Positions 15,201 to 28,560 of a stretch of DNA of 64,000 nt are shown one piece after another; position 1 is the first letter of the stretch, and each line of letters opens with the position of its first letter. The notes beneath the pieces were generated by a model. That model did no database searches. It was not told the DNA's origin and was given only the letters and a program-made list of their open reading frames with translations. The stretch is from Sphagnum compactum (lineage: Eukaryota). A program made the translations under genes and the position numbers. The DNA lies in assembly GCA_965153455.1 (NCBI GenBank), contig OZ234494.1, forward strand, positions 5,270,001 to 5,334,000, written 5' to 3'.

Positions 15201-15750
15201 AGTTGCCATTCTAAGAGAGTTGTTGTGGTGATCATGACCCAAGCACGAGACAAACTATACATTGATCAACACCCACAAGATATGTTTTTACCTTTTGTTG
15301 CGGAAGTATTTGGTTGTTTAGTAACCAAATATTCGAACTCAAATACTTTTGTTGTGGAAATATTTGGTTGCAAGTAAATGATTTTTACATTGATGTGCTA
15401 ATATGATGTGGTTGGTATGGGCATTGGAAGCCTTCCTTTGTTAATTTTATAACCATTTTATAGGTAGAGGGTGTTGGTAGCTTTGTAGAAAGCCCAAGCC
15501 TCATCCATTTTGAGGCGAGTTGTTGCTAATGAAACCTCTTCTAGGCTTAGAGCTATTTGAAGGTTTCTTCTTTCTTTTTGTCTCACTTGCTTCACATGAA
15601 TGGCGAAAGGTTTAGGACCTAAGCTAGGGTTTTGGATTTTCCTCCCTTTTTGCTTTTGTGCATTGTCTAAGGTTTGGACCTTTTTTTTTTTCTTTTTTTT
15701 GTTATTCATTTTCCTTTTTGCATTGGCTGTTCATGTTTGTTTTTAAATAA
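12290..15750 (+). mobile_element. Decayed CRE-type non-LTR retrotransposon, interrupted by a TIR element at 12927-13736
   Basis: Collinear remnants: VFEHFQDSFDLEDLAS; ALVKAFRCIHPI; VVHGI*ATLDLHIKWVVL*VDVANAFN; after the insertion GGQLAQFSPFVQVFY, GTW*SNPLG, DDTHIIGP, then HGEEHTISYDVI and IDIVLS..TLVDVVIVNPIQVDLVSR..FLPFVAEVFGCL. The 5' boundary is uncertain and may reach about 10900. Confidence 0.75.
12927..13736. mobile_element. Non-autonomous DNA transposon with degenerate ~22-bp TIRs and 4-bp TSD AAAT
   Basis: Left end GGATGAAAACACATTATGGGGG; reverse complement of right end GGGTGAAAGCACACTACAAGGGGG. AAAT flanks both sides (12923-12926, 13737-13740) and RT homology resumes after it. Contains a G21 run (12944-12964). 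Confidence 0.7.
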
Positions 15751-15782
15751 CCTGAGTGTAGTACCATGAAAATGTTCTTTGA

Positions 15783-16438
15783 ATGCTTTTTTAATTAGCA
15801 AAATTTTGCCAAAACATGATATTAAAATTTAAAAAAAAAAAGATTATGAAGGTTTTGAGTTACTAGATTCCATTCAAAAAGAAAAAATCATTAGATTTGT
15901 ACATTTGGTTTTCATTGTGTAGCAAAAACTAAAAAAAAATGATTAAAAATTCAAACATTAAGTTTTGGTTGATAGCCAAATTTGGCCAAATCTTCTCAGG
16001 GATGATTGTAACTTTTGCCACTTTGGCTATAGACAAAAATTCCTAAAAAAACACTGGTTCAGTTTAGTGATTTTTTTTGTGGCGAAAACTTGCCATTTTG
16101 CTAAAAAAACAAAAGTCATTAGTGACATGCTTCAAGGGATTTTTTAGCGACATGGTGAAGGGAACTTTTTGGAAAATATCCAAAAAAAAATCACCACATT
16201 TTGAGGAAAAAAAGGTTATGAAATGGCCCAGATTTTTAGAAAATTTGGGCAAATTTCTAGCTTTCTTCTTTTGAAATCAGATATTTAGCTAATAGGATGT
16301 AGTTGGTTGGCCAAAGTGTAATAGGATTCCTAGATTTTCCACTTCTTTATTTGTCTTGTAGCCAGATTTGGCTAAACCCTGTTGTAGCTGATCACCACTT
16401 TTGGAGCAACATGAACAAAATTTGAAAAGAAAACACCG
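15783..16438. mobile_element. Two abutting MITE-like elements of the CAGTG...CACTG family (about 15783-16057 and 16065-16438)
   Basis: Shared core (T/G)TAGCCAAATTTGGC(T/C)AAA.C...GATGAT.G..AC and AAAACACTGG-type ends. The second copy aligns over about 350 bp with 30067-30414. Confidence 0.65.
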
Positions 16439-16805
16439 CTGATGAGGAGGTACCTACTGTACTTTGGTAGGTAGGTACCAGTCTGTGCTACACATGCTGC
16501 AGTTCCCCCTTGCAGGCTTTCTCTCATCAAGCACCGGTTCTCTCTCTTCCTGGCTCTCACTCATAGACACACACACGCACACTGTCTCTCTCGTGGCTGC
16601 GGATATGGCTCCAGCATCGCAATGCAGGAAGGTCAAGCTCACAAACCATTTTGGTTTGGGTTGAGTTGGACGCGTTGGGTCGTTGGAAACTTTTTCTTTT
16701 CTCGGGAGGTGGTATCGGGAAGAAGAAGGGTGTGTGAGTGTTGGACTGAGACGAGACCGTAAGACAGAAATAGTGAAGGAGTTAAAAGGAAGAAGAGGGG
16801 AAGGA

Positions 16806-18840
16806 ATGGATGTGTCCGGGAATTATGAGCGTTTTACAGAAGAGCAGATGGAAGCGCTGGAGCGGTTATATCACGAGTGTCCCAAGCCCAGCTCCATCCG
16901 CCTACAGCAGCTCATCTGGGAGGCACCTGTGCTAGCCAGCATTGAGCCGAAGCAGATAAAAGTCTGGTTCCAAAACCGGAGGAGGTATTTGTTCATTTTG
17001 CAATCACCCAATTCCTGGACTTGTCGCCACCGGCTACATCTGATTCAAAACATTCCTACTCATTCAAAACTTTGGGTGTGATCTGCTTTGTGCAGGTGTC
17101 GGGAGAAGCAGCAGAAGAAGAAGGAACCCACCAGGAGCCTTGTGAGTATGAATGCAAAACTGACAGCCTTGAATAAGCTTCTGGTCGAGGAGAATGAGCG
17201 TCTTGCTCGACATACTTCCCAGCTCACCCTGGACAACCGTATGCTACGACAACAACTCCATGACCTGCCGCCTGCTGCTCCTGGTCCTGATACCCAACAT
17301 TCCCTGCTTCTGAACCAGGTAACCCTAATGTGCTCTTGACTCCCTTGATGTGTTCAACTTTCCTTGCATCCTGCTTTCATGTGGCTCTTCTCTAAGGCCC
17401 CAGATATCCATGCATGTCTACATTCACAGCCCAAGTACTGTATGATTTCCTGTCTATATTGGGGAGATATAAATAAGCTTGTTTCAAAACCTGTTGATGT
17501 CAGAAATGCAGAATCTAATCGAACCCTAAACTACTTCCATGACCATGACAGCAGGAGATCCGACATCAAATGAAAGAAGAAAGGGTGAATGACGAAGACA
17601 GTCTGTTGAATGCATTGAAGGATGGTGGCGGTGATGAGAAGAATACTCCACGAGATCATCTGAGTTTGCAGCCCATACCTGGACAGAATTATTATGGTGT
17701 TGCTGCTGCCTCTACAGACGATGGCAACTCTGATTCTGTAATCACTGTTGTTGGTCTGCCTCAGAATTCAACTCTTCAGCATTATTCTCCTCAGGATGTT
17801 CATTCAGCAGGGTCAGTGCCAATCTACTCCTAAATCTTGATAGATTGTTCATTTTTCATGCTGATATAATTGACTCAAACCATTGTTAACATGTTCTGTT
17901 TTGTGAAGGTAAACTCTCTCTGCTTGTTACATTCCAGTCTGTACTCAATTGATTGTTGATGAACATGCCTTGTTTCGTGAGCCATGTGTTCAGGAGATTG
18001 TTGGCTGTAACAGACGAAATGACATTGACAGAATTTCTGGCAAAAGCCACCAGAATTGTGGTAGACTGGATTCAGCTGCCCAGTATGAAGGTACATGAAT
18101 TCTCTATCGATGATGGCTTTGCAAGTTTCTGATTTCGAAACTGACAGTTTAAATGGGAGCACAGGTTGTCTATGCTGCAGTGTCATTGTCAGACCTAAGT
18201 TCTGCAGCTGTTCTCATAGCCATGGCAGAATGCTTTGGTGTTGAAAGTGTGAAATCGCTTGTGAAGACTAATGGAGGTTAGCAGATTTGGAGGTCAGCCC
18301 CATTGTTCCTTCCTGTTTGTGTTTTATCTACCTTCGCAACTTGTGCAGGAAATTGGTGGCAATGGTGTGGCGTGGGAACTTTGTAGTGGAGATCAATATG
18401 CAGATGACCAGGAGTCACAATCATAGTACTGGTGTTGGTTGGTGATTGGCAGAGAGAAGTGGTAATAGGGTGGGGTTTGTGGCCTGGTCCGGATGCCATT
18501 GGCATCATTTTTGCAGTTTCACATGGTTGTGCCGGTGTTGTGGTGCGAGCATGTGGATTCATGTATCTTGAACCCACCAAAGGTAGTGACCCTCATCTGT
18601 GGTTCAGCTCACTCTTCCCCAAGAATTCACAATATTTTACATAGACCATATCCTTGTATAAAGCTGTTGTTGAAATTTTGTGTCTCAGAGCTTTGTTGCA
18701 CATGTTGACAATCTTACTGGATATCAGGTTGTGGAGGTTCTGAAAGACTGATCATCATGGCTCTGGGATTGCCGGCACATTCAAATGCTGCTGGGTGCAG
18801 TCTCAACAGGAAAAATGGGGAACAATTGAGCATTTACATC
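16806..18840 (+). pseudogene. Class III HD-ZIP (PHB/REV/C3HDZ-like), truncated or decayed in the START domain
   Basis: Open GT-AG exons 16806-16984 (homeodomain ..EQMEALERLYHECPKPS..IEPKQIKVWFQNRR), 17096-17318 (CREKQ..NAKLTALNKLLVEENERL zipper), 17555-17811 and 17994-18090 (LTEFLAKATRIVVDWIQLPSMK) total 252 codons. Exon 5 (PGPDAIG..SHGCAGVVVRACG..EPTK, from 18483) has GG for the AG acceptor and one extra A before its donor. Exon 6 (from 18728, VVEVLKD*) has TGA at 18749-18751 plus a frameshift. No clear later START/MEKHLA exons. Confidence 0.9.
18080..18492 (+). promoter_or_regulatory. miR165/166 target site split by intron 4 (halves 18080-18090 and 18483-18492)
   Basis: The canonical junction would read CCAGTATGAAG|CCTGGTCCGG, pairing perfectly with miR166 positions 2-16. 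The junction falls between positions 10 and 11. Confidence 0.8.
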
Positions 18841-21800
18841 TGTGAGCTCCTACACCCTTTTGCTCAAGGGTTCCCTCTTCATTATCCAATTGAGAATCTC
18901 TTCTTGGTCTAGTGATCCTTGGAAGTGCTGTGTCGATATTTTTCCATTCTGAAGTGCTTTGCTCCAATGATTAATGATGTTGGCTGTGCTTTTTGGATGG
19001 GTCAAGGAATGTAGCCAGAGTATTCCAGAAGTTCTGTGGTGCCCCTAAATGAATCTGCAGCAGCTCTAGCACAGAAGACAACCATCAGGTTGAGTTTGTT
19101 TCAGGAGGTTCTTTATTCTGATTTCACCTCTCTCAAAGAAACATCAGGTGTCAAAAGTTGCTTTGTGTATTTTAAGGGTTATTTGGATTTTTGGATTCTC
19201 ATTCAAACAGGTTTAAGGGTTACTATTTCATTTATTTAGGGTGATTCATATTTTGAAGATTACATTTTCTATCAACTTAATGAAGAGAGCATATTATCAC
19301 AGTTCTTCCAGTTTTGCATGATTGATTTACATAGTTGCCCTCATAATAGTTTGGTTGGCTATTGGTATACTATACTAATATGACCAAGTGTAAAATAAAA
19401 AAATAATAAATAAGAAATAACATTCTTCACATTCTATTAATTTAGTCTTGTCCCATATGCAGCAAGCCTACTCATTGTTTTGTAATGTAGTGGAGAGGGC
19501 TTTTCACACAAAAAGGTACTTTTGCATAGCCTTTAATTCACATAAATCACTGCACTAGGGGCTTTCAGCTGTAAGATTTATTCCCTTCAAGGCTTTTTGG
19601 TGTAAGGTCTATTGCTATAAGGCTCTTTGATGTGAGGCCTTGTCATTGTGATTGAGTTTTGAACATTTGGTAGTTTTATGCTAATGATGATGCTGCGATT
19701 AGTTGCTAATGATGATGATGATGCTGCGAATAGTTGTTACACCAGGTGAAGCACTATCGTAAGGGTATTTCACCTTGGACCAAGGCACCGAGGACATCCT
19801 TCTTAGAAAAGAGTAGGGACCTTACCCCATCTCCTTAAGGAGTAAACATAAGAACCTTCACCTCTTTTATCTTGTGCTTTATAATGAGTGAAGTCCATGG
19901 GTGAGGGACGTTCCTGAAAAGGGGCTGATCTTGGCTACTGCCTGTCCTGGGCACACTAATTTGGAAATGCCCTCACTCACCCTGGGGCTTAACCCTGCAC
20001 AGATTGTTTGGTGAGGGGCAAAAAAAGAGTCGCCAGGGAACAAGAGAGATGAAGAGGAGAGAGGAGAAATCCAGACTTGTGAATTAGTTTTCACCTTGAT
20101 AATTGATGCATGTATGTTTGGATGATGGATTTGTGTCCGCTGTTGTGATGTAGAGTGTTTTGAAGATCAAGCTTTCAGGGTGAAGAAAGTTTGATCAATC
20201 ACTCTGCAAATGGCCTTGTGCTGAAAAATTGGAAATATTCCTCTGTCTGTGATCTCTGTTTCAAATTCTATAAAATTGGATTAGGTCATGCATTTGGCAA
20301 CCTAATCATCTTAATCGAGTAATTTAATGTGGTCTCCAGCAGGATCCAGGAGTTTCACTTTGAAGATGTGCAAGAAACCTGTAGTACTAGCATATGACAA
20401 GAAGCATGAAATTCACTAAATGCAGAGTAGATACCTACATGTGTGTTTGTTCCATATTAGTATTTTGGAGTTGGGATCTCTTCTAAATGACAAGAAAGCA
20501 AGAAGTGGAGGAAGAGATTAATAACAACTGGGTGGTTTGTCTATGCAATGGAATTGCCCATGTCTTGGAGATGAGCCTTGTGGTTTGAGCTCTTTTGGTC
20601 TGGCATGATGTACAGTAGCCAGATTTCCAGGTTCTTCTTCTCTATATGGTGAAGATAAAATTTACCAAAATCTTGTTGCAATTCCTCTTGTGATTAGTTG
20701 AATTCTTTTAAATGTTTTGAGACTGAAGACAATCAATTGTGCACAATCTTAGTTTGTGTTAAGAAAACTTGAATCTACGGCAAAGGAATATCTGTGCAAT
20801 CTTGAAAAGCTTTTGTTCAAAATTCAAAGAGTTAGAAGAAGAAAAGGACAGTTCCCACAATTGTTCAGTTTTATCTCCATTACGTAGTACCCATTCTTCA
20901 TCACAGAATTTTGTAGGTGTATTTGGAGGGCACCTTGTATCCATGAATACACCCCCCCCCAACCTCCACCTACTCCTTAAGTATGGAAGGGAAATAATGC
21001 TTGTAAGATCGGTCCCACTCTTAAAGCAAAGTAGGCCTAAGAATCTTTCCCCTCCTATGTATCTGAGAAGGGCTGGTCTTCATGCCATTCCACATTTTAA
21101 GATGATGGGAATGAGGGTGGAGTTCCTCCGCACCGAGAAACATGGAATGGCTGAAAGACAGGCTCATTATTTTGCGAATGCCCTGGCCTTAGGCTTCCCA
21201 TATCACATATGGGAAAAAGAGTGCAAAACAATGCAGGGCATTTCAAAAAATGAAATGCACACAAGAGTGGGTGTTCTGTTTTCCAAATGTCTTGTGGGAT
21301 CTTACATGTTGTGAGTGCTCCTCCAACTAAACTAAGAATATCTTTGGAGGTTTTTTTTAATGTTTTAATGAAATGTGTAAGAATCACCACCATATGTTAA
21401 TTGTGGCGTCAATACATATAATACATGAATTGATCATCACAATGTGGATTAGTTTGGGAAACCAACTATTTCAAGATTTGAAGTGAGAAAATAACTTCAA
21501 TTAGTTGTTTGATTTTGAATTGTAAATAGGTTTCTAGTTTGAATATATGTGCATTTTGTCATGATAATGAGATTATTGAAGAGATTATAGTTCTTAATCA
21601 TAAGAGTTTGATATAGATTTTAATCAATTCAATGAATCTTACTATTTTAGTTACGATATTGATTTAAGGTTTTAGATATTTTTGTTAGATTTATGTGGAT
21701 TGTAAATCTAGGGTCTAGATGTTTGAATTGCAAATTGTTTTGTGTGTTTGGTTTCTGTAATGAATATTTGTGTTTGAATTGTAATTTGGGTTCAATGTTT

Positions 21801-22719
21801 TAGATTTTTATTTTGAGTTCTTGTGAATTAGGATCATGGGCTTAAATGTTTAAATTGCAAATTAGTATTTAAGATTTATGATTTTGGTAATTTGACCTTC
21901 ATGACTTAAATTTTTTTCTCCTCATAATCAGCAAAAAGGTCCTTTGTATTGTTCACACATCCTTTTTCTTTGTCACTAGATGTGGAAATTCCTTGAGAAA
22001 AAAAATTGGTTCTCATATTTTGAATTGTGATATGTTTTACCAATCAATCATTTCACATATAATCCATTACATTTTTTTCTTTTCAAGTATGCTGCTTTTA
22101 CACAGCTTCAAAAAATTTCCCTTCATAATGTGATGATTTGGGCCCCCTTTTTTCTTTCCAAAAGAGGACTTCTGTATCATTCACATGTTCACTTTCTTTC
22201 TTATTAGGATGCAAAAATTCACCCAATGAAACCATATTTTGAATTATGACATGTTTATCCAATCAATTCTTGTTTCACATAAAATTTGTTATATTTGTTT
22301 CATTACAAGTACCTTGCTTTTTTTAATCATAAAAGAAATAACACTTATTTCATTTGATGTTTTACAAACTTTGAAAGTCTTGCATTCATAAATATTGGTA
22401 ATTATTGTGAAGAACATGACATAATTACATCATTAGGTTTATTAGGCAAACAAGCATTAAAATTGTTTGAAAAATGTTTCAAGAAGTGGAAATGGTCTCG
22501 ATTCACTACATCCAATTTTACAACTTCACACAATTACATGGCCTTTGTGTTTCCTCACATTTTTATTGCTTAAAACTTAAGACTCTTGTATCACAATTGT
22601 TTTGCAATGGAACTTCCCATGAGTGTATATTTTCCAATTTGTGATTCTTTTAAATTTTTTTGTTCTAGGTGGTATATACACATAGTATTGGGATGAAAAT
22701 TGCTTCACACCTCTCCAAC

Positions 22720-23011
22720 AAGGGTTTTTTTCTCCCAATTTTGTGGTGTACCACAGTTGCAATCATCCACAAGAGGAATTTAACCAAATTTAGCTAAACT
22801 AAATTGAAAAGTAAACAAGAGAAATTTAAGAACGTTCCTATATTTTGGCTACTTGCTCGAACCTCTTATCTACATATGGCAATTTTAGAGGTTTCTTCCT
22901 CAAATTTTAGTGACTTTGGCTCATTTTTTCCACAAAAATCCCTTGTATGAATTGCATTAGATTTTCATTCGTCACCAAGTGACAAAGAATTTTTGAAGCA
23001 AAAAACCATGG
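22720..23011. mobile_element. MITE-like element, CAGTG...CACTG family, reverse orientation (similar to 36487-36768)
   Basis: CAATCATCCACAAGAGGAATTTAACCAAATTTAGCTA..TATTTTGGCTACTT.CT.GAACCT..CAAAAATCC.TTGTATG matches the 36.5-kb copy. Confidence 0.6.
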
Positions 23012-23707
23012 TAAAAGGACTGTGTCTAAAGCTAAAATTTTATGATTTGATGTGCCTTTGTAGCCCTTAGGCTGACCATTACAACCATCCTTAAATCATG
23101 AAACTAGAGAAAGCACAAGCCTTATTTACAACTTGGATGTAATTTACTTCAAAACCATGATCAATCAACACATTCAAAACCCTAATTGGTCAAAATGTTT
23201 GAAACCCTAATCAATCAACACATTGAGATCAATGACTTAGACTCTTTGCAAGCTTGGCGAAAACCTAACCCCTACCCTATTGATCAGCCTTTTCATAACC
23301 CATTGCTTGTGCATGTTCATGCTCCTTGTTCCACGTTCTTGTCCTTCTCCACATCAACATTGTCTTAGCATTCTTCAGAAGGTGTACATGAAGACATATT
23401 TAATAAAAAATACATGGAGAAAATACAAGGATTTTTTCAAAAGTAGCGGAAGAAGATGGGGCATGCAGTATTATGGAATTCACATCCCAAGAATTTTGGG
23501 CCCAATTCATGGACTTAGTATTGCAGTAAATCACAAGTAAAATTGTAGTCTGTGTTTAGTAATAAATTTTGGATGAATGGATTTTGAATGAATGTAACTC
23601 CATTTTATTTCTGCATTAAAACTGTGGGTTCATGCTGTTGGAGGCTGTTGACATTGCCTCTACTACAAGGCAGTGTACTAGGGACTGTGAGCCCAGTGTG
23701 AATGCAC

Positions 23708-23930
23708 GGCCATAGTGGACCAGCAAACCCACCAGCTCACCATGCAAGATGGATGATGTGTGGAGAGGAAACCATTGTGTTGTCCTATTGACACCAACCA
23801 TAGTTAGCTCTGTACTAACTACTAACCATCCAGCTGCATCTACCTACCTTGTAGTCACCAAGTGCAGTAATTTCTTACCTAAGATATAATCACATACGGT
23901 TCCCTACCTACTTACCTATGATTCTTATCC
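23708..23930 (+). mobile_element. Partial copy of the GGCCACAGTGAACCAGCA-terminated MITE family
   Basis: GGCCATAGTGGACCAGCAAACCCACCAG..GATGGATG..GGAAAC resembles the left end of 39811-40214; TACC-rich interior. Confidence 0.5.
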
Positions 23931-25099
23931 ATTTACATAATATGTATCAGGTAACTCTTGTCAAGGGGCCAGTATTTGCTTGTGACGGGCATCTAATAGT
24001 AGTGGAGCCACATATGTAACAACACTACTACTAGGTGTCTCATTACTAGCTTTTGTCGGTTCTTGGACACAAGTTATCGAACAAAATCAAGGAACTTGAT
24101 TATTGAACAACATAATTTGATAAATAGTGAACTTTGATAGTTAAGCAACATAGCTATCATGTGAGCGCGTGAGCAACGAGCAACGAGCATGTGACTCACA
24201 ACACGAAATTTTTTAAGAATATTTTTGCCAAATGTTCTTGACATAGACAAGAATATTTTGTCCATGTGAATAGAATATTTTATTGACATGACAAAAATAT
24301 TTTTTGGATGATACAAAATATTTGTCCAAATATACAAAATGATGAATTTGATGCTTATGAATTATTTCCTATAATTTTTTAAATAATTAATAAACATTTA
24401 ACTTAATCTAATAACTAATTTATATCTAACAATGAAACATCATTCATATATATAAAATGTTAAATGAACAATTATCAAAACTTTTATAAAATCAAAGTGT
24501 TAACATTGTTTGCAAGTTCTAGTCTAAGAGCCAAACACCTAACATCGTCACAAGTGCTAAAGTTGCCAATGTTTATTATACTTGTTTTTTAAAACAATTC
24601 ACAGGTGTACTCCTACCTACACAATAGTTCCATCACAAGTCAACAAGTGACGAACTTCATTTCGATCCTATACTCATTTATTTTCCACAATCCCCAATAT
24701 TACACTATAATTTTTTTTACCAAGGTTGTTACATTTTTGACAAGTGTTGTCTTAATGAAAAGTTATGTGGATATATGTTTTCATTATTCACTGCCCACTA
24801 TACTCAAGGAGTTGAGGCCAAGGTTGAACTTAAATCAAATAATCCTATTGGTACAACCATTTAAGAATCAAGGTCAAACTATAAAGCAATACTTTAATAC
24901 ATTAATGTTTGACTGGCAATGGCCTCAAGGGCAAAAAAAAAGAAAAGGATACCTATCAATTGGGAAGCCAATTTGCAACCCTTGAGGCTAATTTCGTAAC
25001 AATATATTGTAATACCTAAGCATATCACCAAAGGAAAAAGATAAGATGCATTTTTTCTTTTGGAAATTATCGTTTTCTTTTCGTAAAACAGAAATTACA

Positions 25100-28000
25100 T
25101 TTATTCACAATGATAGAGCAAATAACATCTACGATTCATTCATTCACTCTATCTCACACAAGTTCTCATGGAGTGAACATTGGAAGGAACTCTCTATTAT
25201 AGTTCTGCCAGGTCATGGTACACCCCATAATGACCTTGTTAAAGTTTGCCTCTGTAATTCAACAGGCCTCCCAAGACAGAACGTCTTGTGAACTTCATGA
25301 ATCTTCCAAAATTGAAGGTACATATTTTTCTGGTACCTTCGTCTGTTTTGTAAGACTCCTGAAATTTAAAAAGTTCATCATGTTGGGGAAGGAACTTCAT
25401 TTTGGGTCTTCCTAAATCCAGGCCCAGCCTTGGTATTCCCCTCAGCCAGGCCCTTAAATCCAGGAAGGCTCTCAAAGGGCTTCCTTCCCCTATCACCAAG
25501 TTTAAAATATATTTCAAAACATTCTTAAAATTTTGAGGAGTAGTTAGCTACCCTAGTGGCTAAGGGTTTGGCCGCCAGGCTGAACCAGCAGTTACAGTGT
25601 TACTCTCCTGTTCTGGAGTGCCGCCTTTTAGAGGCTAAATTTAACCCAGGAATTTGGATTTGAATACTGATACAACATAAAAATTGTATAATAAAGTTAT
25701 TCATCTCACACTGGGCATCGCTTTGTCCACTCATCCTCAGTTATTATGCTATAAACGCAACAAAAGAGAATCAATAAAACCCTGGCAAACTTCATTAAAC
25801 AGAGCACCCAGCAAATGAGGAAAAGAAGGAACAAAGAGAGAGGACTCAAGCCACAAGAGCAAAACCCAAAGTGGGTCATTACATGGCACAGGAACAAATC
25901 ATGTTCTAAAGTCCCCACCACACACAAGAAAGAAGCTTATCGGAGAAAGAGATTGGAATTTGAGAATTTGATTGTGTAAAATCTTGATCAAGTTGATCAT
26001 CAGGGCCAGTGTAAGCTGTGAACCAGCACTGACCTGTACCATGTTGAGTAAGGCCTGTGAGGGTATGGTATTTGACCCGGAAAATGTTAAACTTGGACTT
26101 TAGAGACCCTCATGTAGTCTCAGGAGGGGGTTATTTATAATGTCTAGAAGCAAGTTGTAACTTAAATAAAATTTTGAGGGTTGTTCGCTCTTCATGTAAG
26201 GGAGAGAGAGAGAGTGTGGACATACAAAATATGGAACTATGTAGTTTCCATTTGGTCCCATATTTTGAGAAAGATTGTCAATGAGGCGTTGTAGTGAACT
26301 AACTTGTGAGTTCATGCTTTGGGAACTTTGTGGAATAGTTCCTTACGGAACTAAGCAGTTTTCATTTTGTCCCACATTTTGAGGTATGTTCCATAGTGTA
26401 TTAATATACCAATGTATCAATGCATTATGTACCAATGTGACAATGTTTTGATTTGACAACTTTTGTTGATTTGTTTTCAGGTTTTGCAAACATATCAAAT
26501 GTCAAATCAATAAATCTTTCCCTTAAGATTGATGAAAAAACAATTGATGTCATCTACAAAGGTTGGACTGAAATCCACTAATTGATACATGATTGCAATG
26601 ACAAAAGAAAAAAAGTACTTGTTGTTGCTAGAAATATCTTTGAATGTTGTTATTTTCATGCATCTTTCTCCAACAAGACTCGATTAAATCATCATCAAAC
26701 TATCCAAGGTTGCAATCATGCTTTAGATGAACAAGGTAACAAGCTAGTGTTGAAACATTATTTTATATTTGAATCCAACCAAGGAAAAAAAAAAGTGTAG
26801 GTTGTGGTTGGAAATATTTCTATGCTAGAAGAAACACTTGGGGTAAAAAAAGGATCTAAGAAAGCTTTTGTGTTTTTTTCAGTAACTTTTTGCTTTGTAG
26901 CTTTCATTTTAAAATATGCCTCCTTTTCACTTGTTAGTTCCTACATTGATACACAAAGTTTGATGCATTGAAACATATAATATTATACATACACCCTACT
27001 TGATGCATTGATACCCTAATTTGACACATTCATATTTATGTAGTTTGACATAATTGAAATAACAATAAAACAAAGTGAAGGAGATTTTGCACCTTTTCTT
27101 TGCTTGATGATTCATATAATTTTTTTGCCAGGGCTCTTATGGTTTCAAGCTCTCTTGGATCCTTTTTTCTTCCCAAGAATCTGAGAATGATGTGTTAAAA
27201 AGCTCCAAATTATTGGTAAAAGTTACTCCCAAATTACATGGAAGCACTAATTCACCAATGCAACTCTTAAAAAGAATTCAAGAATGATTATTTTTAACTT
27301 TTTAATGTTGTGCCATTGGCTAACATCCAAAGAGAGATTTAGCATTAATTGGAGACATGTTTTTAAAACTTATCTAAATACTTTTTAAATAAATTAAAAA
27401 ATGCTATCGGATTAAAATTAGAGTCCAAATTTGGTGAATGTTTTTCCAAAATTTGACACAAATATTCCTTTTTATTTTTAATTTTTCACATTTTGGAAAA
27501 AGTTTGCAAAAAACAAAAAACTCATTTGAACAATGTCCTTGGTCATAAATTTCTTCTTTGCATTGAGGAACAAGCCTATGGGTCTATTACAACAATGAAG
27601 TTACCTCCTCGAAACAATTCAAAGCTCCCTTTAGAACAATTTTGTTGATCATATAATTTTTTTTTTTCCACTCCTAGGCACAAGCTTATTCCACAACACT
27701 ATATATTTGTGTATATTTTCAACACTAATATTATAACATTGATTTTTTACCATGTATTTTTTACCAGGCATTTTTACAATTTTTTTAGAATTGGTCTAAT
27801 TTAAGATAAGGTTTAGTTTCATCTCCATCACACAATTTCTTGTGTAATTTTAGTTTGTTCAACTAATGCACACAGTTCAAAATAAAGATAAAATAATATT
27901 AGTTATATACAACCAATCAATTACGATAACTTGCCTAAAATGTAAGCTTAAAAAAATAAAATAAAATAAAATAGTACTTATGTACTTAGTGAATCTGAAC

Positions 28001-28420
28001 CTTTCAAAATAGGGCAGCACCCCTGCCTGATTCAGGTTTTAATTTAGATTTGAAAAGTGATCAGTTTGGTTTGACTCCAATGCTGGTTCCAAAAAGCACT
28101 TGAAACCTCTATACTCCAAAGACCACAGAGCCCGCCTAAATTCCGGAACCTGCCAACACTGTTAAAAGCCCATACGAGGACCAGTCTGTTACTTATGCTC
28201 AAAGGTTGATACCAGTCCAACACTGATGAAAACAAGCAGGCTTCATCAGGACAGGGCTCTCTGCCATTATGGCAAAGTTGATTAAACTCGTCACAGTTGA
28301 AATAAGGGAATGTTCCAGAAAGCACTCACTCACTCACTCACTCACTCACTCACTCACTCCTAGAATCACAAGACCCTAAACCTAAATTCTGAAGGTTCAC
28401 TAACGACGTATATACACTCC
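25100..28420 (-). other. Candidate unannotated spliced transcript (small ORF, pseudogene or lncRNA)
   Basis: CpG-retaining island at 28.38-28.70 kb. GT-AG bounded candidate exons at 28267-28213, 28149-28107, 27180-27093 and from 25358; AATAAA at 25105-25100. The last two exons join in frame: FLGRKKDPRELETIRALAKKLYESSSKEK|ESYKTDEGTRK..LLNYRGKL*. Confidence 0.35.
28323..28358. repeat. (CACT)9 microsatellite
   Basis: Directly visible. Confidence 0.95.
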
Positions 28421-28560
28421 ATAGCACACTTCTTCTTACACAATAAAGTTATCCGTAAAGTCCGGAAAAGACGGCACCGGAACCCCCTGTTTGGTCACAT
28501 AGGAGATGAGATTTCAAAAACAGGAAAAGGAAAAAGTACACTGGGCTTCAACGGGGCATG

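Noticed and set aside
18955-19000. FAP-x8-FW resembling the next HD-ZIP III exon (YAPTTLAPARDFW)
   Set aside because: Only the spacing and four residues match and the following sequence does not; could be chance.
20769-21314. 181-aa ORF and a Cys-rich alternative frame
   Set aside because: TTG start, no recognisable domain and no supporting exon structure.
28223-28249. CTGATGA stem-loop as a hammerhead ribozyme
   Set aside because: CTGATGA pairs with its own complement, and the stem II-GAAA-stem III core is missing.
28373-28382. ACCCTAAACC as a telomerase RNA template
   Set aside because: No G-rich 5' end, C-rich 3' end or U-snRNA-type promoter around it; a telo-box-like motif is more likely.
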